A stretch of DNA of 64,000 bases from an uncultured Planctomycetales bacterium (GTDB taxonomy: Bacteria; Omnitrophota; Gorgyraeia; Zapsychrales; JBDRMG01): the NCBI GenBank assembly GCA_964478715.1, contig CAYZIY010000011.1, positions 1,980 to 65,979 of the forward strand. Reading direction: 5' to 3'. A program made the translations under genes and the position numbers. The notes under the pieces are model-generated. The model did no database searches. It saw only the letters and a program-made list of their open reading frames with translations, and was not told where the DNA came from. Positions 9,802 through 20,329 of this stretch are shown here, piece by piece (positions within the stretch are counted from its first letter, which is position 1; each line of letters opens with the position of its first letter).

Positions 9802-11410
9802 ACAACGGCACCTTATGGTTCGCGCGCGGGGAATCAAAAAGAGCAATAGACGGATTGCCCTCGGCAAAATATTTTAAGGACCATTGCGATTCAAAGAGTA
9901 TAACTTTTCTATCCTGATCATCCCGCGCCAAGACCGCGCCGCTTGGCAGAGCACGTTTTAATTCCTCATCCTCAAGAGACGATTCCATCCATCGCAATAT
10001 TTTCCACGGCATCATCTCAAGACGGGTGTCCGCCTTATATTCGTCTTTCAAGCGGTACTGCAAAACCTCAAACTGCAAAGGCCCTACGGCGCCTAAAAGC
10101 GGAGTCGGCCGCTGAGAATTCTCCAAATAAAATGTCTGCGCAATATCTTCGGCAAGCAGATGTTCTAATCCTTTTCTGAAGGATTTGTAAGTGGCGGCTG
10201 AGGCATACTGTAAAAAAGCGAAACATTCCGGCGCGAAACGGGGAATTTCTTCAAAGGAAAGGCCGGTATCGGTACTTATGGTATCCCCGATCCGAAACTC
10301 TTTTTTTGTGACAAATCCGATAATGTCTCCTGGAAACGCTTCACTTGTAAGCTCACGGTCATGCCCAAAAACATTAAAAGAGTCGGACAAGCGGATTTCG
10401 CGTCCTGAGCGGGCGTGAAGCACTTTCATGTCGCGGTAAAATCTCCCCGAACAAACCCTGGCAAAAACCACGCGGTCGCGGTGTAAAGGGTTCATGTTGG
10501 TCTGGACTTTAAACACAAAAGAGGAAAAATGCGGGTGATCTATCGGAATGATGTTACCGTTAGCTTTTCTGGGTTTCGGCTCTTGAGAATACTTCAAAAA
10601 GCTTTTTAAAAGAAACTCTACTCCGAAATTATTAGCTGCGCTGCCGAAAAAAACAGGCGTTGTTTTTCCTTCCCGCACGGCGTCTTGATCAAATCCCGCG
10701 TGCGCGCCGTCTAACATTTCCAGCTCCTCGGCGATTTCCCTGTATGTTTGTTTATGCAACAGGTTTTTTACTAAAGGATCAGAGAGATTCCGCACTGCAA
10801 CCGGAGCTCTGTATGAGCCGCCGGGAACCCGTTCAAAAAGATGTACCCGCTTGCCCATCCTGTCATAAATGCCTTTAAAATCGGTGCCGTTGCCTAACGG
10901 CCAATTAACGGGATAAGCATGCAGATGAAGAACTTTTTCTAATTGATCAATAAGCTCAAGAGGAGATTTGGCGGGCCGGTCAAGCTTATTCATGAAGGTA
11001 AATATCGGAATGCTCCGCTTGCGGCAGATTTCAAAGAGTTTTAACGTTTGGCTTTCTATGCCCTTAACCGCGTCGATCACCATAACAACCGCGTCCACCG
11101 CTATTAAAACCCGATAAGTGTCTTCCGAAAAATCTTTATGCCCCGGCGTGTCGAGCAGATTAAGGCGGTAGCCCTCATAATCAAACTGCAAGACGGTTGA
11201 GGATATCGAAATCCCGCGCTTTTTCTCAAGCTCCATCCAGTCGGAAGCGGTTTCGCGCTGTTTCTTTTTCGCGGTTACCGATCCGGCCAGGTCCAAAGCC
11301 CCGCCGTACAATAACAGCTTTTCCGTCAGCGTTGTTTTACCCGCGTCGGGATGCGAAATAATAGCGAATGTCCTTCGCCGCGAGGCCTCCCTTTTTATCT
11401 GCATATCCAC
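9785..11410 (-). CDS. prfC: peptide chain release factor 3
   Basis: AIISHPDAGKTTLTEKLL G1 motif, DTPGHKDF G3 motif, ~540 aa, RF3 domain order. Confidence 0.85.
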   Translation of the reverse strand: MDMQIKREASRRRTFAIISHPDAGKTTLTEKLLLYGGALDLAGSVTAKKKQRETASDWMELEKKRGISISSTVLQFDYEGYRLNLLDTPGHKDFSEDTYRVLIAVDAVVMVIDAVKGIESQTLKLFEICRKRSIPIFTFMNKLDRPAKSPLELIDQLEKVLHLHAYPVNWPLGNGTDFKGIYDRMGKRVHLFERVPGGSYRAPVAVRNLSDPLVKNLLHKQTYREIAEELEMLDGAHAGFDQDAVREGKTTPVFFGSAANNFGVEFLLKSFLKYSQEPKPRKANGNIIPIDHPHFSSFVFKVQTNMNPLHRDRVVFARVCSGRFYRDMKVLHARSGREIRLSDSFNVFGHDRELTSEAFPGDIIGFVTKKEFRIGDTISTDTGLSFEEIPRFAPECFAFLQYASAATYKSFRKGLEHLLAEDIAQTFYLENSQRPTPLLGAVGPLQFEVLQYRLKDEYKADTRLEMMPWKILRWMESSLEDEELKRALPSGAVLARDDQDRKVILFESQWSLKYFAEGNPSIALFDSPRANHKVPLYARTR

Positions 11411-11426
11411 GATTGATTTCTAAAGA

Positions 11427-13538
11427 CTATTTTGTTTCAGCCTTCTTTTTGCTTAAGTTACACCGCTTCATTTTATCGATTTCGACCAACTTGACTTTAA
11501 AACGGTCACCTGTCTTAACTACTTGGCTTAAATCCTTGACAAAATCATTTGAAAACTCAGAAACATGAACCAGTCCCTGCTTGCCCGGCAGAAATTCACA
11601 AAAAGCACCGAAATTCTGAACTTTGACCACCACGGCGTCATAGATTTTACCGATCTCGGGAGCTTCCGTAAGGCCGTTAATAAAAGTAACGGCCTTTTGA
11701 GCGGCTTCTTTGCTGAAAGCCGCTACCAAAACCTTACCGTCATCGTCGATATCTATGGATTCGACCCCCGACTCTTCCTTAATCCGCTTGATCATCTTTC
11801 CACCGGGGCCTATAACTTCGCCAATCTTATCCTGCGGGACTTCGGTCATTACGATCCTTGGGGCGTGTTCAGAAATATCGCTTTTAGGAGCCGCGATAAC
11901 GGAAAGCATATGCTCTAAGATCGACATCCGCGCTTTACGTGCCGATTCCATACCCTTAACCAGTATTTCCATCGGAAGTCCTTTGATTTTTAGGTCAAGC
12001 TGTATCGCGGTAACGCCTTTTTTGCTTCCGGCGATCTTGTAATCCATGTCACCATGATGGTCTTCCATGCCGATGATATCGGTTAAAAGTTCATACCGGT
12101 CTTTATCAAAGTCGCTGACAAGCCCGATTGAGATACCCGCGATCGGGTTTGTTATAGGCACTCCGGCATCCATAAGGCTTAAACAGCCGGAGCATACGCT
12201 GGCCATTGACGAAGAACCGTTGGATTCAAGGATCTCGGAGACCACCCTGATGGTATAAGGAAACTCTTCCCTTGAAGGCAGAACCGCCTTAAGAGCCTTG
12301 GCTGCCAAAGCGCCGTGACCGATTTCCCTGCGTCCCGGTCCGCGGCTTGGACGAGCCTCGCCGACGCTGAATGACGGAAAATTATAATGGAGCATAAAGT
12401 TGTTATACGCCAGATCCTGCAGGCCTTCGATCATCTTTTCATCCCGCTTTGTTCCGAGCGTGACAACCGCCATGCTTTGGGTTTGGCCGCGGCTGAATAA
12501 AGCTGAGCCGTGTGTGCGCGGCAAAACACCAATTTCCGCGCACAGAGGCCGCAATTGGTCCAATGCCCTGCCGTCAAATCTCTTTTTTTCATTCAAAACG
12601 AATTTTCGGATCACTTCGGACTCGATTGTATCGAATATTGCGCGGACATCTTTTTCCGTGACTTCGTTGCCTTCGCTCGCATATTCTTGATACACAGACA
12701 TATCATTTAAAAGATCTTTCAGAATATTTTTACGAAAGTTCTCTTTTTCCGTTAAGTCTAAGATCTTAGAATAACCGTTGAGGCGGTCAAAACACAAGCG
12801 TGAAACATTTTCTTTTAATCCGGGATGACGCGCGGACAGTGTAAGCGAGGCTTTTTCTTTGCCCGTTTGATCACGCAGCTCATCCTGAATGGTAAGGATT
12901 CCTTTTAATAACGGTTCAGCGAATCTGAGTCCTTCGGCGACTTTTTCTTCCGGGACCTCTTTTCCTTCTCCCTCGATCATGACAATTCCGTGACGTGAAC
13001 CAACGACGAAAAGCTCCAATAAACTTTCCTCGCGCTCGGTGTATCCCGGGTTTACGATAAACCCGCCGTCTTTCATCCCCACGCGTAAAGCCGCAACAGG
13101 CCCGTCAAAGGGAATGTCGGAAATGTGAAGCGCCGAGGACGCGCCGATAGCGGCAAGGACATCCGGATCATTCTCGCCGTCACTGCTGATGACATTACAG
13201 GTAACGACAACATCATAGTAAAATCCTTCCGGAAACAACGGGCGGATAGGCCGGTCGATGATCCGAGCCGTTAGTGTTTCTTTTTCCGTGGGGCGGCCTT
13301 CCCGCTTAAAAAATCCTCCGGGAATACGCCCGGCCGAATAAACTTTTTCCTGATATTCAACCATCAAAGGCAAGAAATCTGCCCCTGCCTTTGGGTTCTC
13401 AGACATACATGCCGCGACCAGCACAACCGTTCCGCCGCAGGTTACCGTTACCGCGCCGTTGGCCTGTTTCGCGACCTTGCCGGTTTCAATGATTATCTTC
13501 TGACTGCCCAATTGCACTTCTACTTTGCTAGAATTCAT
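11427..13538 (-). CDS. pnp: polyribonucleotide nucleotidyltransferase (PNPase)
   Basis: 703 aa; two RNase PH domains, KH and C-terminal S1 domain; highly conserved PNPase sequence blocks. Confidence 0.9.
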   Translation of the reverse strand: MNSSKVEVQLGSQKIIIETGKVAKQANGAVTVTCGGTVVLVAACMSENPKAGADFLPLMVEYQEKVYSAGRIPGGFFKREGRPTEKETLTARIIDRPIRPLFPEGFYYDVVVTCNVISSDGENDPDVLAAIGASSALHISDIPFDGPVAALRVGMKDGGFIVNPGYTEREESLLELFVVGSRHGIVMIEGEGKEVPEEKVAEGLRFAEPLLKGILTIQDELRDQTGKEKASLTLSARHPGLKENVSRLCFDRLNGYSKILDLTEKENFRKNILKDLLNDMSVYQEYASEGNEVTEKDVRAIFDTIESEVIRKFVLNEKKRFDGRALDQLRPLCAEIGVLPRTHGSALFSRGQTQSMAVVTLGTKRDEKMIEGLQDLAYNNFMLHYNFPSFSVGEARPSRGPGRREIGHGALAAKALKAVLPSREEFPYTIRVVSEILESNGSSSMASVCSGCLSLMDAGVPITNPIAGISIGLVSDFDKDRYELLTDIIGMEDHHGDMDYKIAGSKKGVTAIQLDLKIKGLPMEILVKGMESARKARMSILEHMLSVIAAPKSDISEHAPRIVMTEVPQDKIGEVIGPGGKMIKRIKEESGVESIDIDDDGKVLVAAFSKEAAQKAVTFINGLTEAPEIGKIYDAVVVKVQNFGAFCEFLPGKQGLVHVSEFSNDFVKDLSQVVKTGDRFKVKLVEIDKMKRCNLSKKKAETK

Positions 13539-13582
13539 CGCTTCTCCTTTTTTTATTTAAAATCTACTTTTTGCACCTTTTT

Positions 13583-13892
13583 TTATGAAAATGTTTCCGC
13601 GCGCTTAATGCACATTTTTGTTTTCGGCAGTGCTCTGCGCCGTTTATCTTCAATAAGCCCCTTACCATATGCGCATATACTAAAATTCTGATTGTTAATA
13701 TTAGCCAGGTTCTTTTCTAACCCCTGAAGCACATTTTTAAGAGAGCGTAACGTCTGTTCTTCCCATCCTTCCGTGGGATCGATTTGAAATAAAAGGCTTA
13801 CTCTTCGCCTTTAATTTCTCAAGATTCCGCTTAACCGCGTCTATCTGCTTGTGAATCTCTTTTTTAAGCTTTTCTTTCTCTTCCCGTAGCAT
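13583..13892 (-). pseudogene. DksA/TraR-family zinc-finger-like protein, apparently frameshifted (~103 aa if joined)
   Basis: Frame 0 encodes the coiled-coil N-terminus MLREEKEKLKKEIHKQIDAVKRNLEKLKAKS...; the +1 frame encodes ...LKNVLQGLEKNLANINNQNFSICAYGKGLIEDKRRRALPKTKMCIKRAETFS, which aligns with the DksA motif [29 protein letters not shown] (2 of 4 Cys retained). No start codon exists in the second frame. Confidence 0.35.
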
Positions 13893-14376
13893 ATTTTACC
13901 TTTTTGTTAAATAAAATCATAACGCCCATGCACTTCTGGACACCATCCGTCTGATATCAATTATTTTTTTAAGAAAATAAGGATACAAAACGTCACGGAG
14001 TTACTGCTTCTTAAGGCGGAGTAACCGGGGACGAAGTCGAAACTCGGAGAGGTACCAGCGCGAAAGGGGATTTACTGATATTATATTTAGGCTTCTTCAT
14101 TTGAGTGGCATGTTACCATTTAACCGCGCGAAAGTCAATCTTTAACTGTTCCGTAACTGTTCCACCCATTAAAAATAATATTATCCTCAATACGGCTTCT
14201 TATCGATCCTAATCATGCCGAAAAGCGCTAACAATCAGCAGTTTTCCAGCTCGATCGCGCGATGTCCGGCCCCGAAACAGCTAGTGACAATCTTTAAGAA
14301 TTTATCGCGCTTTATCTCCTTAAAACAACTTCTGGAATTATAGCATTCATTAGGATATAAGGAAAGCGATGGGTGA

Positions 14377-16431
14377 TCAGAATTTGCCGGTGACCCCAAT
14401 CAGAAAATTACGCTCCGGTGCCGGATAATGGTCTTTATCCAGGGATCCGCTCTTTTTGGCGGCGTAGCTGTAATATTTTCCGTCAAAAATATTATTCAGC
14501 TCCAGAAAGAATTCCAAGTGCTTAGCCTCAAAGCTGAATTTGCTGTCCATTACACAATACGGCTTAATGCCCGCTGTGATATTCTCAGTATCATTAAGCG
14601 GGTAACGAAATCCTGTATAGCGACCCGATAGGGTGATGCCGAAACGTTTTATAAAATTCAGACTCAAACCCCAATTGGCCTGATGTTTGGATGTCATGGG
14701 AATTTGCTTGCCGTTGTTGTCACCATCAACAAATTCCGGATTCTGATAGGTGTAATTCGTGAAGAATTCCAGCCTGTCCAAAATCTCTAGATCAAGCATT
14801 TTTAGCAGATTGGTGGTTTGGCTAACCTCGAATCCGGTACGGCGGGTTTTACCATAATTGTCGTTTGCTCCCGATCCCCAGGGGCCACCTTTGGGATCAT
14901 AATAAATTTCATTATTGAGATCCATCCAGTAGAATGTTCCGTTGATTAGCACTTTATCCTGCCAATTATGTTTCAGGCCGGCTTCATATTGAAGACCGGT
15001 TTGCTGTTTCAAATCGGTATTAAGCGTTCCTGTAAAAGAATCATACCATTCATCGGTGGCCAGATATCGGAAGGTCTGCTCCACATCGAAGAAAGCATTA
15101 GACCCTCTGGCGTATTCATACTTCATCCCAAATGTGTTGACGGATTCCGCAGGCGAGGCCGTGTCATAGGTGATCGTTCCGGGAATAAAGCCGGCTCGTT
15201 GATCAAAGGTGTAATCAGCTTCATGAAAACGTGTACCGGCATTGGCGTGGATGTCGTCCCAAAATTCATATTCCGAAAATAAATAAAAGCCGCGTTCTTC
15301 TTTAGATATGGTCAGATTATCGCTGTTCGTGCCGCTTCCGATGATTTGATTAGTCGTATCATAATAATCGATTCCGGTCACAAAATTGAATTCTTTATCA
15401 AAGATTGTCTGATTAAAGACATATTTAGAGGTCAAGCCGAAGGAATCTATTTCTCTTTTGGTATTGAAATTAAAATCAGCGAACGAACCGTAGGTGTCAC
15501 GGTTACGATAAGAAAAATCTACCACAAAATGACCCCAGTCAATATCTTCGGGCCAGGGCCTTACATCAATAACCATTTGTATAAAGCGGTCGGTGGCATT
15601 GGCAAAGTTATTAGGCTCAGCCGTTCCCTTTCGCCCGAAAGTTTGCAGCTCGCTGGCGCTTAATCCTCCGGGTAGTCCATAATCCGATTCGTGCCAACCG
15701 GTATGCAGATCAAGGCTGATTTTATCGGAAAGTTTGTATCCGAATTGACCGTTAAAATCTTTGGTTAAAATATCTCCGTTATCCCTATGGCCTCCGGTAT
15801 CATAATATTTTGAGGAAATCATGTAGGAAAGGTTGTGATCAAGCCCCAGGAAATCAAATGGCTTAGATCCGAATAGCTGGGTATTAACGCCCTCTGTGCG
15901 GAAACTCCCATAAAGGGCCTGAACTTGGCCTGATAGATCCCCTTCGCCTTCTTTGGTAATAATATTGACGACGCCGCCAACGGCATTATCTCCATAAAGA
16001 ACAGATCCGGCTCCGCGGATGATTTCGATTCTTTTAACGATTTCCAGAGGAATCTGTAGGAAGTCGGGTCCTGTCATATCGATGGAATTGACCTTGCGGT
16101 CATTGACCAGAACCAGGACATTCCGGGCGGCTGTGTCGCCGAATCCGCGGATATCGACAACAGCAGTCTGGATTGTTCCGGTGTCATAAACGCTAATACC
16201 CGGCTGTTGTTTTAGAATATCAGAAACAGTTTGAGCGTTTAAGACTTCGATATCTGTGGTATCGATTATTGTCACATCGGAGGAAACTTTATATCCATGC
16301 TGAGCGATACGGCTGGCCGTGATAACGATAGATCCTAAGTCAACAACATCTCTTTCTTGCCCCATCACCATACCTAAGCAAGAAAGAAGAAACGCGAAGC
16401 TTAACACATAAATACGCAAATTATTCATCAT
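14377..16431 (-). CDS. btuB: TonB-dependent outer-membrane receptor (BtuB-like vitamin B12 transporter)
   Basis: Signal peptide, TonB box/plug domain (DVVDLGSIVITASR), C-terminal aromatic residue (ends ...TGKF); preceded by a cobalamin riboswitch. Confidence 0.75.
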   Translation of the reverse strand: MMNNLRIYVLSFAFLLSCLGMVMGQERDVVDLGSIVITASRIAQHGYKVSSDVTIIDTTDIEVLNAQTVSDILKQQPGISVYDTGTIQTAVVDIRGFGDTAARNVLVLVNDRKVNSIDMTGPDFLQIPLEIVKRIEIIRGAGSVLYGDNAVGGVVNIITKEGEGDLSGQVQALYGSFRTEGVNTQLFGSKPFDFLGLDHNLSYMISSKYYDTGGHRDNGDILTKDFNGQFGYKLSDKISLDLHTGWHESDYGLPGGLSASELQTFGRKGTAEPNNFANATDRFIQMVIDVRPWPEDIDWGHFVVDFSYRNRDTYGSFADFNFNTKREIDSFGLTSKYVFNQTIFDKEFNFVTGIDYYDTTNQIIGSGTNSDNLTISKEERGFYLFSEYEFWDDIHANAGTRFHEADYTFDQRAGFIPGTITYDTASPAESVNTFGMKYEYARGSNAFFDVEQTFRYLATDEWYDSFTGTLNTDLKQQTGLQYEAGLKHNWQDKVLINGTFYWMDLNNEIYYDPKGGPWGSGANDNYGKTRRTGFEVSQTTNLLKMLDLEILDRLEFFTNYTYQNPEFVDGDNNGKQIPMTSKHQANWGLSLNFIKRFGITLSGRYTGFRYPLNDTENITAGIKPYCVMDSKFSFEAKHLEFFLELNNIFDGKYYSYAAKKSGSLDKDHYPAPERNFLIGVTGKF

Positions 16432-16443
16432 TCTTTCCTTTCC

Positions 16444-16480
16444 ATAAAAAAAAATCCCAGCCGAAAATACGACTGGGATT
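16444..16480 (-). terminator. riboswitch expression-platform intrinsic terminator hairpin
   Basis: On minus strand aatcccagtcgtattttcggctgggatt followed by a U9 tract, ending ~12 nt before the btuB ATG. Confidence 0.55.
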
Positions 16481-16690
16481 GCACCCTTGATTTCTTGATC
16501 CCGATTTATTCGTTTGTGATGTTATACACCCGTAACGTGACAAACGTGAAACTATAGGCAGGCCTTCTGGCTTACGGACGAATGTCCTACTCCTCTTGCC
16601 TTCTCACCCTTATGAGTAATGGCTGATTAAGAGTTTCGTTTCCGATTACAGCGGCGGGACCGCGCCTGAATCGCACAGGCTTTCCTTTTA
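16453..16690 (-). promoter_or_regulatory. cobalamin (B12) riboswitch
   Basis: Minus-strand ggtcccgccgctgtaa (GGUGCC/CGCCACUG-like), ataagggtgagaaggc (GGGAAGGC-like) and B12 box gtaagccagaaggcctgcc; sits in the 5' UTR of the TonB receptor gene. Confidence 0.75.
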
Positions 16691-16735
16691 ACTCTGCGTT
16701 TTTAAAATAAGCAGAGCACTCTATAGCGAAAATTG

Positions 16736-17242
16736 TTATGCTGTCAAAAGAACGCGGGCCATCTGTGTATCTTTGATCCGATAGGCAATGATCTCATAAA
16801 TCCCAAAAAAGACAGTACTGTAAAACACAGTACTGATAAGCGTTTTTCTGAAAAAAGGCAGGGCAAGAATAAAACACTCCTGCAATCCCGCAAGCGTGTG
16901 GGGATACCATCCCATCAGCCAGACGCCGAAGTTGGTGGTCAGGAAAAATATGACCGCCGAAAGTAAGCTCGCGCCAAAAATCATAACCGGAGTTTTTCTT
17001 TTCCTTAAAGCCAGCCCAATAAAAGCCACAATCAAAATAGAGCCCCAGGTAAATAAAATAATATTATGCACTCCCAAAAGGACGTCAGTGATCATCATCA
17101 AGGCAACCGGCAGCAACAAGGCTAATTTCCGGTTTAAATAGACGCCTCCGAAAAGGATCAACGCCAGAAAGGGAGTAAAGTTTGCATCATGGGTTATGAT
17201 TCGCGCCACTATACCAGCCAATAAGATAAGAATAGCAAGCAT
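16736..17242 (-). CDS. small polytopic membrane protein (possible ECF-S/BtuM-like vitamin transporter)
   Basis: 168 aa, ~5 TM helices; immediately upstream of the B12 riboswitch-btuB unit. Confidence 0.35.
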   Translation of the reverse strand: MLAILILLAGIVARIITHDANFTPFLALILFGGVYLNRKLALLLPVALMMITDVLLGVHNIILFTWGSILIVAFIGLALRKRKTPVMIFGASLLSAVIFFLTTNFGVWLMGWYPHTLAGLQECFILALPFFRKTLISTVFYSTVFFGIYEIIAYRIKDTQMARVLLTA

Positions 17243-17334
17243 GGTTTTCTCCTGTTTTTTTACCTATTTTATTTTACCTATTTTTTTTCATCTGTATATT
17301 TCTCAAGGAAGCAAAAGGCACCAGGAAGCTCTCC

Positions 17335-17826
17335 TTATCCCTGATTCTTTTGTGTAATTTCCCTGATAAGAAGCAAAGATCTCTGCAGGCCTTCTTTGTT
17401 CTGATCTTGACTGAAAAGCTCAGCGCTTTTCTTAGCGCTGGCCAGCGCTTTTTTCGTGTTTCCTTTAAAATTATAATTAATGGCCAGCATGTAATGGAGA
17501 TCCGGCTCATTGGGAGCGACGCGTGTTGCGGCAACAAATGTATCAATGGCGCGATCGGGCTGATTCAAATTCATGTAAGTCCGGCCCAGGATCAGATACG
17601 GGTCCAAATCATTGGGATTTCTTTTGATGGCTTCATCAAAACTATTGATAGCCTGAATAACATTTCTTTCTTTTAAATGTTGTAGGCCTTCCTGGATAAG
17701 ATCGTTCTGCTCTTTTTTTGCGGAAGCGACTTTATTTTCGGATTGATTAGATCCGCAGCCGCCAACGCATAATATCAGTACCAGGACGAAAAATGATAAA
17801 AACTTCATAGTGCATCTCCTTTTCAT
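17335..17826 (-). CDS. TPR-repeat lipoprotein
   Basis: Signal peptide with lipobox LCVGGCGS; TPR repeats. Confidence 0.55.
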   Translation of the reverse strand: MKRRCTMKFLSFFVLVLILCVGGCGSNQSENKVASAKKEQNDLIQEGLQHLKERNVIQAINSFDEAIKRNPNDLDPYLILGRTYMNLNQPDRAIDTFVAATRVAPNEPDLHYMLAINYNFKGNTKKALASAKKSAELFSQDQNKEGLQRSLLLIREITQKNQG

Positions 17827-17888
17827 TGATTATATAACTTAATATGGAATACTCTCCCTGTCAACCGAAAATATCTGATCAAGAATAT

Positions 17889-18932
17889 TTATTGCAGATT
17901 ATTGACGGCAATGGATGTCAGTTGCGATAAAGCGTCAATTGAATCGATGCTGTGTTGGTTAAAAATATCTTCTTCGCTTTTGGTGTGTAAATTCAAAATA
18001 CCGATAAGTTTGTTATTTAAGACAAGAGGAGTAACATAGGCATGCTTGATGTCCTCTCGCTTGAGGAAAGGCTGAATCCGGTTATTTTTACAGCGCGTTC
18101 CGTGTATAATTACCGATGATCGCTGATCAGCAACGGTGCCGGAGAGGCCTTCTCCTATTTTGATTCTTGTCTTTCCGGCAATCTGCGGGTCAAGCCCTCG
18201 AGAGGCCATAATTTTTAAAGTTTGACTGCGCTGATCTAAAAGCATTACCGAACCACATTGCGCTCTAGTGACCTTCAGCACAGAATCAAGGAAATGGGCC
18301 AGGACTTCATCAGCATAAACAGTGGCAAACAATTTCTGGGCTTTGCTTCGGATTTCATCCGGGAGAAGATCGTGGTGGAGTGATTCTTTTTTGAAGATCA
18401 ACTCTTTTAGCTTGAGCTGAAGAATATAATTTCCGATTCTGTCGATTAAATCCAGCACAGATTTGATGCCCACAAATGACAAGACCCGCATCTCATTAAT
18501 TGCCTCCAAGAGATTATTGTCGTCAATCTTTAAAGAATCAGCGATTTTTTGATATTCTTTTTTTTCAAGTCTTTTATTTAGAATCACAGGACCTATGACA
18601 ATGTATGCTATCGCTTTATTTTCATCGATATTTAGAGGAACGGCAAAGTTGTGCAGGTCAAATTGGTAGTTGTATTCCAAATAAAATCCATGTCGACGAA
18701 ATTTGTCAATAAAGACACTATGCTCTTCATTAAGCAGATCAAAGTGGACCGGATGTGTTGAAAGAATGCTCCATCCGTAGCGATCCATTTGAGGCGGGAT
18801 AATGGTTTTTCCCGTACGATCCGTAATGAAGATGTTAATCCGAAGGACATCGACTAAAAACCCAAGGATCTCACTCCATTTGTCTTTTTCTATAACTTGC
18901 GCTAACAGATTGTCAGATTTCTCCGGATTCAT
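17889..18932 (-). CDS. GAF domain-containing sensory protein
   Basis: C-terminal GAF-like region; translationally coupled (4-bp overlap) to the upstream response regulator gene. Confidence 0.4.
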   Translation of the reverse strand: MNPEKSDNLLAQVIEKDKWSEILGFLVDVLRINIFITDRTGKTIIPPQMDRYGWSILSTHPVHFDLLNEEHSVFIDKFRRHGFYLEYNYQFDLHNFAVPLNIDENKAIAYIVIGPVILNKRLEKKEYQKIADSLKIDDNNLLEAINEMRVLSFVGIKSVLDLIDRIGNYILQLKLKELIFKKESLHHDLLPDEIRSKAQKLFATVYADEVLAHFLDSVLKVTRAQCGSVMLLDQRSQTLKIMASRGLDPQIAGKTRIKIGEGLSGTVADQRSSVIIHGTRCKNNRIQPFLKREDIKHAYVTPLVLNNKLIGILNLHTKSEEDIFNQHSIDSIDALSQLTSIAVNNLQ

Positions 18933-20329
18933 TCACTGACCTTTTTAAACGGGATATCGAATTTTTTCATTTTATTATAAAGAGTGGTTCGGTTTATTCC
19001 GAGTTGGGCTGCGGCTTTATTGCGGTTCCAATTCGATTGCCTTAAGGCCGAGAGAACCAGCTCCCGCTCAGGTTCTTCTAAAATGGATTTTAGCCCCTTT
19101 CCCTCTACGGGTTTCAGCGAAGAGCTTTCGAATTTATCGGAATTAGGGATATCCCATGCGTTGATGATGTGAGTTTTAGACATGATACAGGCTCCCTCAA
19201 TTGCGTTTTCAAGTTCGCGAACGTTGCCGGGCCAGTTGTATTCTATTAATAATTTTCTCACATCCGGGGACACATTTTCAATGCTTTTGTTGTTTTTTTT
19301 ATTAATTTTCTTTATAAAATGTTCGATCAAAAGTGGAATATCTTCTTTGCGTTCACGCAAAGGCGGCATCTCGATGCCGATTACGTTAATCCGATAGTAA
19401 AGATCTTCTCTGAACTGGCTTTTAGCAACCAGTGTTTTGAGATTTTGATTAGTTGCAACAATGATGCGGGCATTGGTCTTGCGGGTTGTATTATCCCCGA
19501 CTCGCTCAAAGATGCCGTCCTGCAGGACCCTCAGCAATTTTACCTGCAGATTAGGAGAGAATGCGTCGATCTCGTCGAGAAATATCGTTCCGTCTTTGGC
19601 GAATTCGAATCGTCCCTCTTTATCCTTGATTGCTCCCGTAAAAGCGCCTTTGACATGGCCGAAGAGCTCGCTTTCCAAAAGAGTTTCCGAAAGCGCGCCG
19701 CAGCTGACCTCGATAAACGGTTTTTTACTGCGGACGCGGTCTGTCTTGTGTATTGCCTGCGCCACCAGCCCCTTTCCCGTTCCGCTTTCGCCCGTGATCA
19801 TGATTGTGGCATGAGAATTGGCTACCGATTCTATAATATGATAAACTTTCTGCATTTTCTCTCCAGGTCCGATAAGATCATGAAATCGATGAGGGCGTGT
19901 TTTGGAAACTAGCTGGCGCAATTCTTTGTTTTCCTGCACTAATCTTTTTTGTTCCACTATTTTATTAAGCAGAATCTTGATTTCAGTGTCGTTAATGGGC
20001 TTGGTGATATAATCGGTGGCTCCTTTTCGCATGGCCTCCACCGCGCTTTCGATGGTTCCAAATCCGGTGATCAGGATCACTGCGCATTGCGCGAACTCCC
20101 TCTTGATCTGTTCCAGAAGTTCGATCCCGCTCATTTTGGGAAGCATCATGTCAGTGATCACGATATCGATAGGATTTTCTTTAAGAACATCGAGGGCTTC
20201 TTCCGCAGTGGGCGCCATGAAGGCATTATATTTTTCGATTCTCAGAATTTCATAAAGTGATTTTCGGATCAGAGGTTCGTCGTCTACAATCAGGATATTA
20301 TAAGGGTGGTTTTCAGCTAGCATCGTCAT
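18929..20329 (-). CDS. sigma-54-dependent response regulator, NtrC family (PrsR-like)
   Basis: Receiver domain (DD...K), AAA+ sigma-54 interaction domain (GESGTGKG, GAFTGA), C-terminal Fis-type HTH. Confidence 0.85.
   Translation of the reverse strand: MTMLAENHPYNILIVDDEPLIRKSLYEILRIEKYNAFMAPTAEEALDVLKENPIDIVITDMMLPKMSGIELLEQIKREFAQCAVILITGFGTIESAVEAMRKGATDYITKPINDTEIKILLNKIVEQKRLVQENKELRQLVSKTRPHRFHDLIGPGEKMQKVYHIIESVANSHATIMITGESGTGKGLVAQAIHKTDRVRSKKPFIEVSCGALSETLLESELFGHVKGAFTGAIKDKEGRFEFAKDGTIFLDEIDAFSPNLQVKLLRVLQDGIFERVGDNTTRKTNARIIVATNQNLKTLVAKSQFREDLYYRINVIGIEMPPLRERKEDIPLLIEHFIKKINKKNNKSIENVSPDVRKLLIEYNWPGNVRELENAIEGACIMSKTHIINAWDIPNSDKFESSSLKPVEGKGLKSILEEPERELVLSALRQSNWNRNKAAAQLGINRTTLYNKMKKFDIPFKKVSE

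Noticed and set aside
13583-13892. Small ORF upstream of pnp as ribosomal protein S15 (rpsO)
   Set aside because: The sequence does not match S15 conserved blocks. The C-terminal frame aligns instead with the DksA/TraR zinc-finger motif.
13930-14376. tmRNA/SRP RNA/tRNA in the btuB-pnp gap
   Set aside because: No T-loop (GTTCRANYC), no acceptor/CCA arrangement, no tag-peptide reading frame ending in LAA-stop, and no SRP domain IV motif could be identified by eye.
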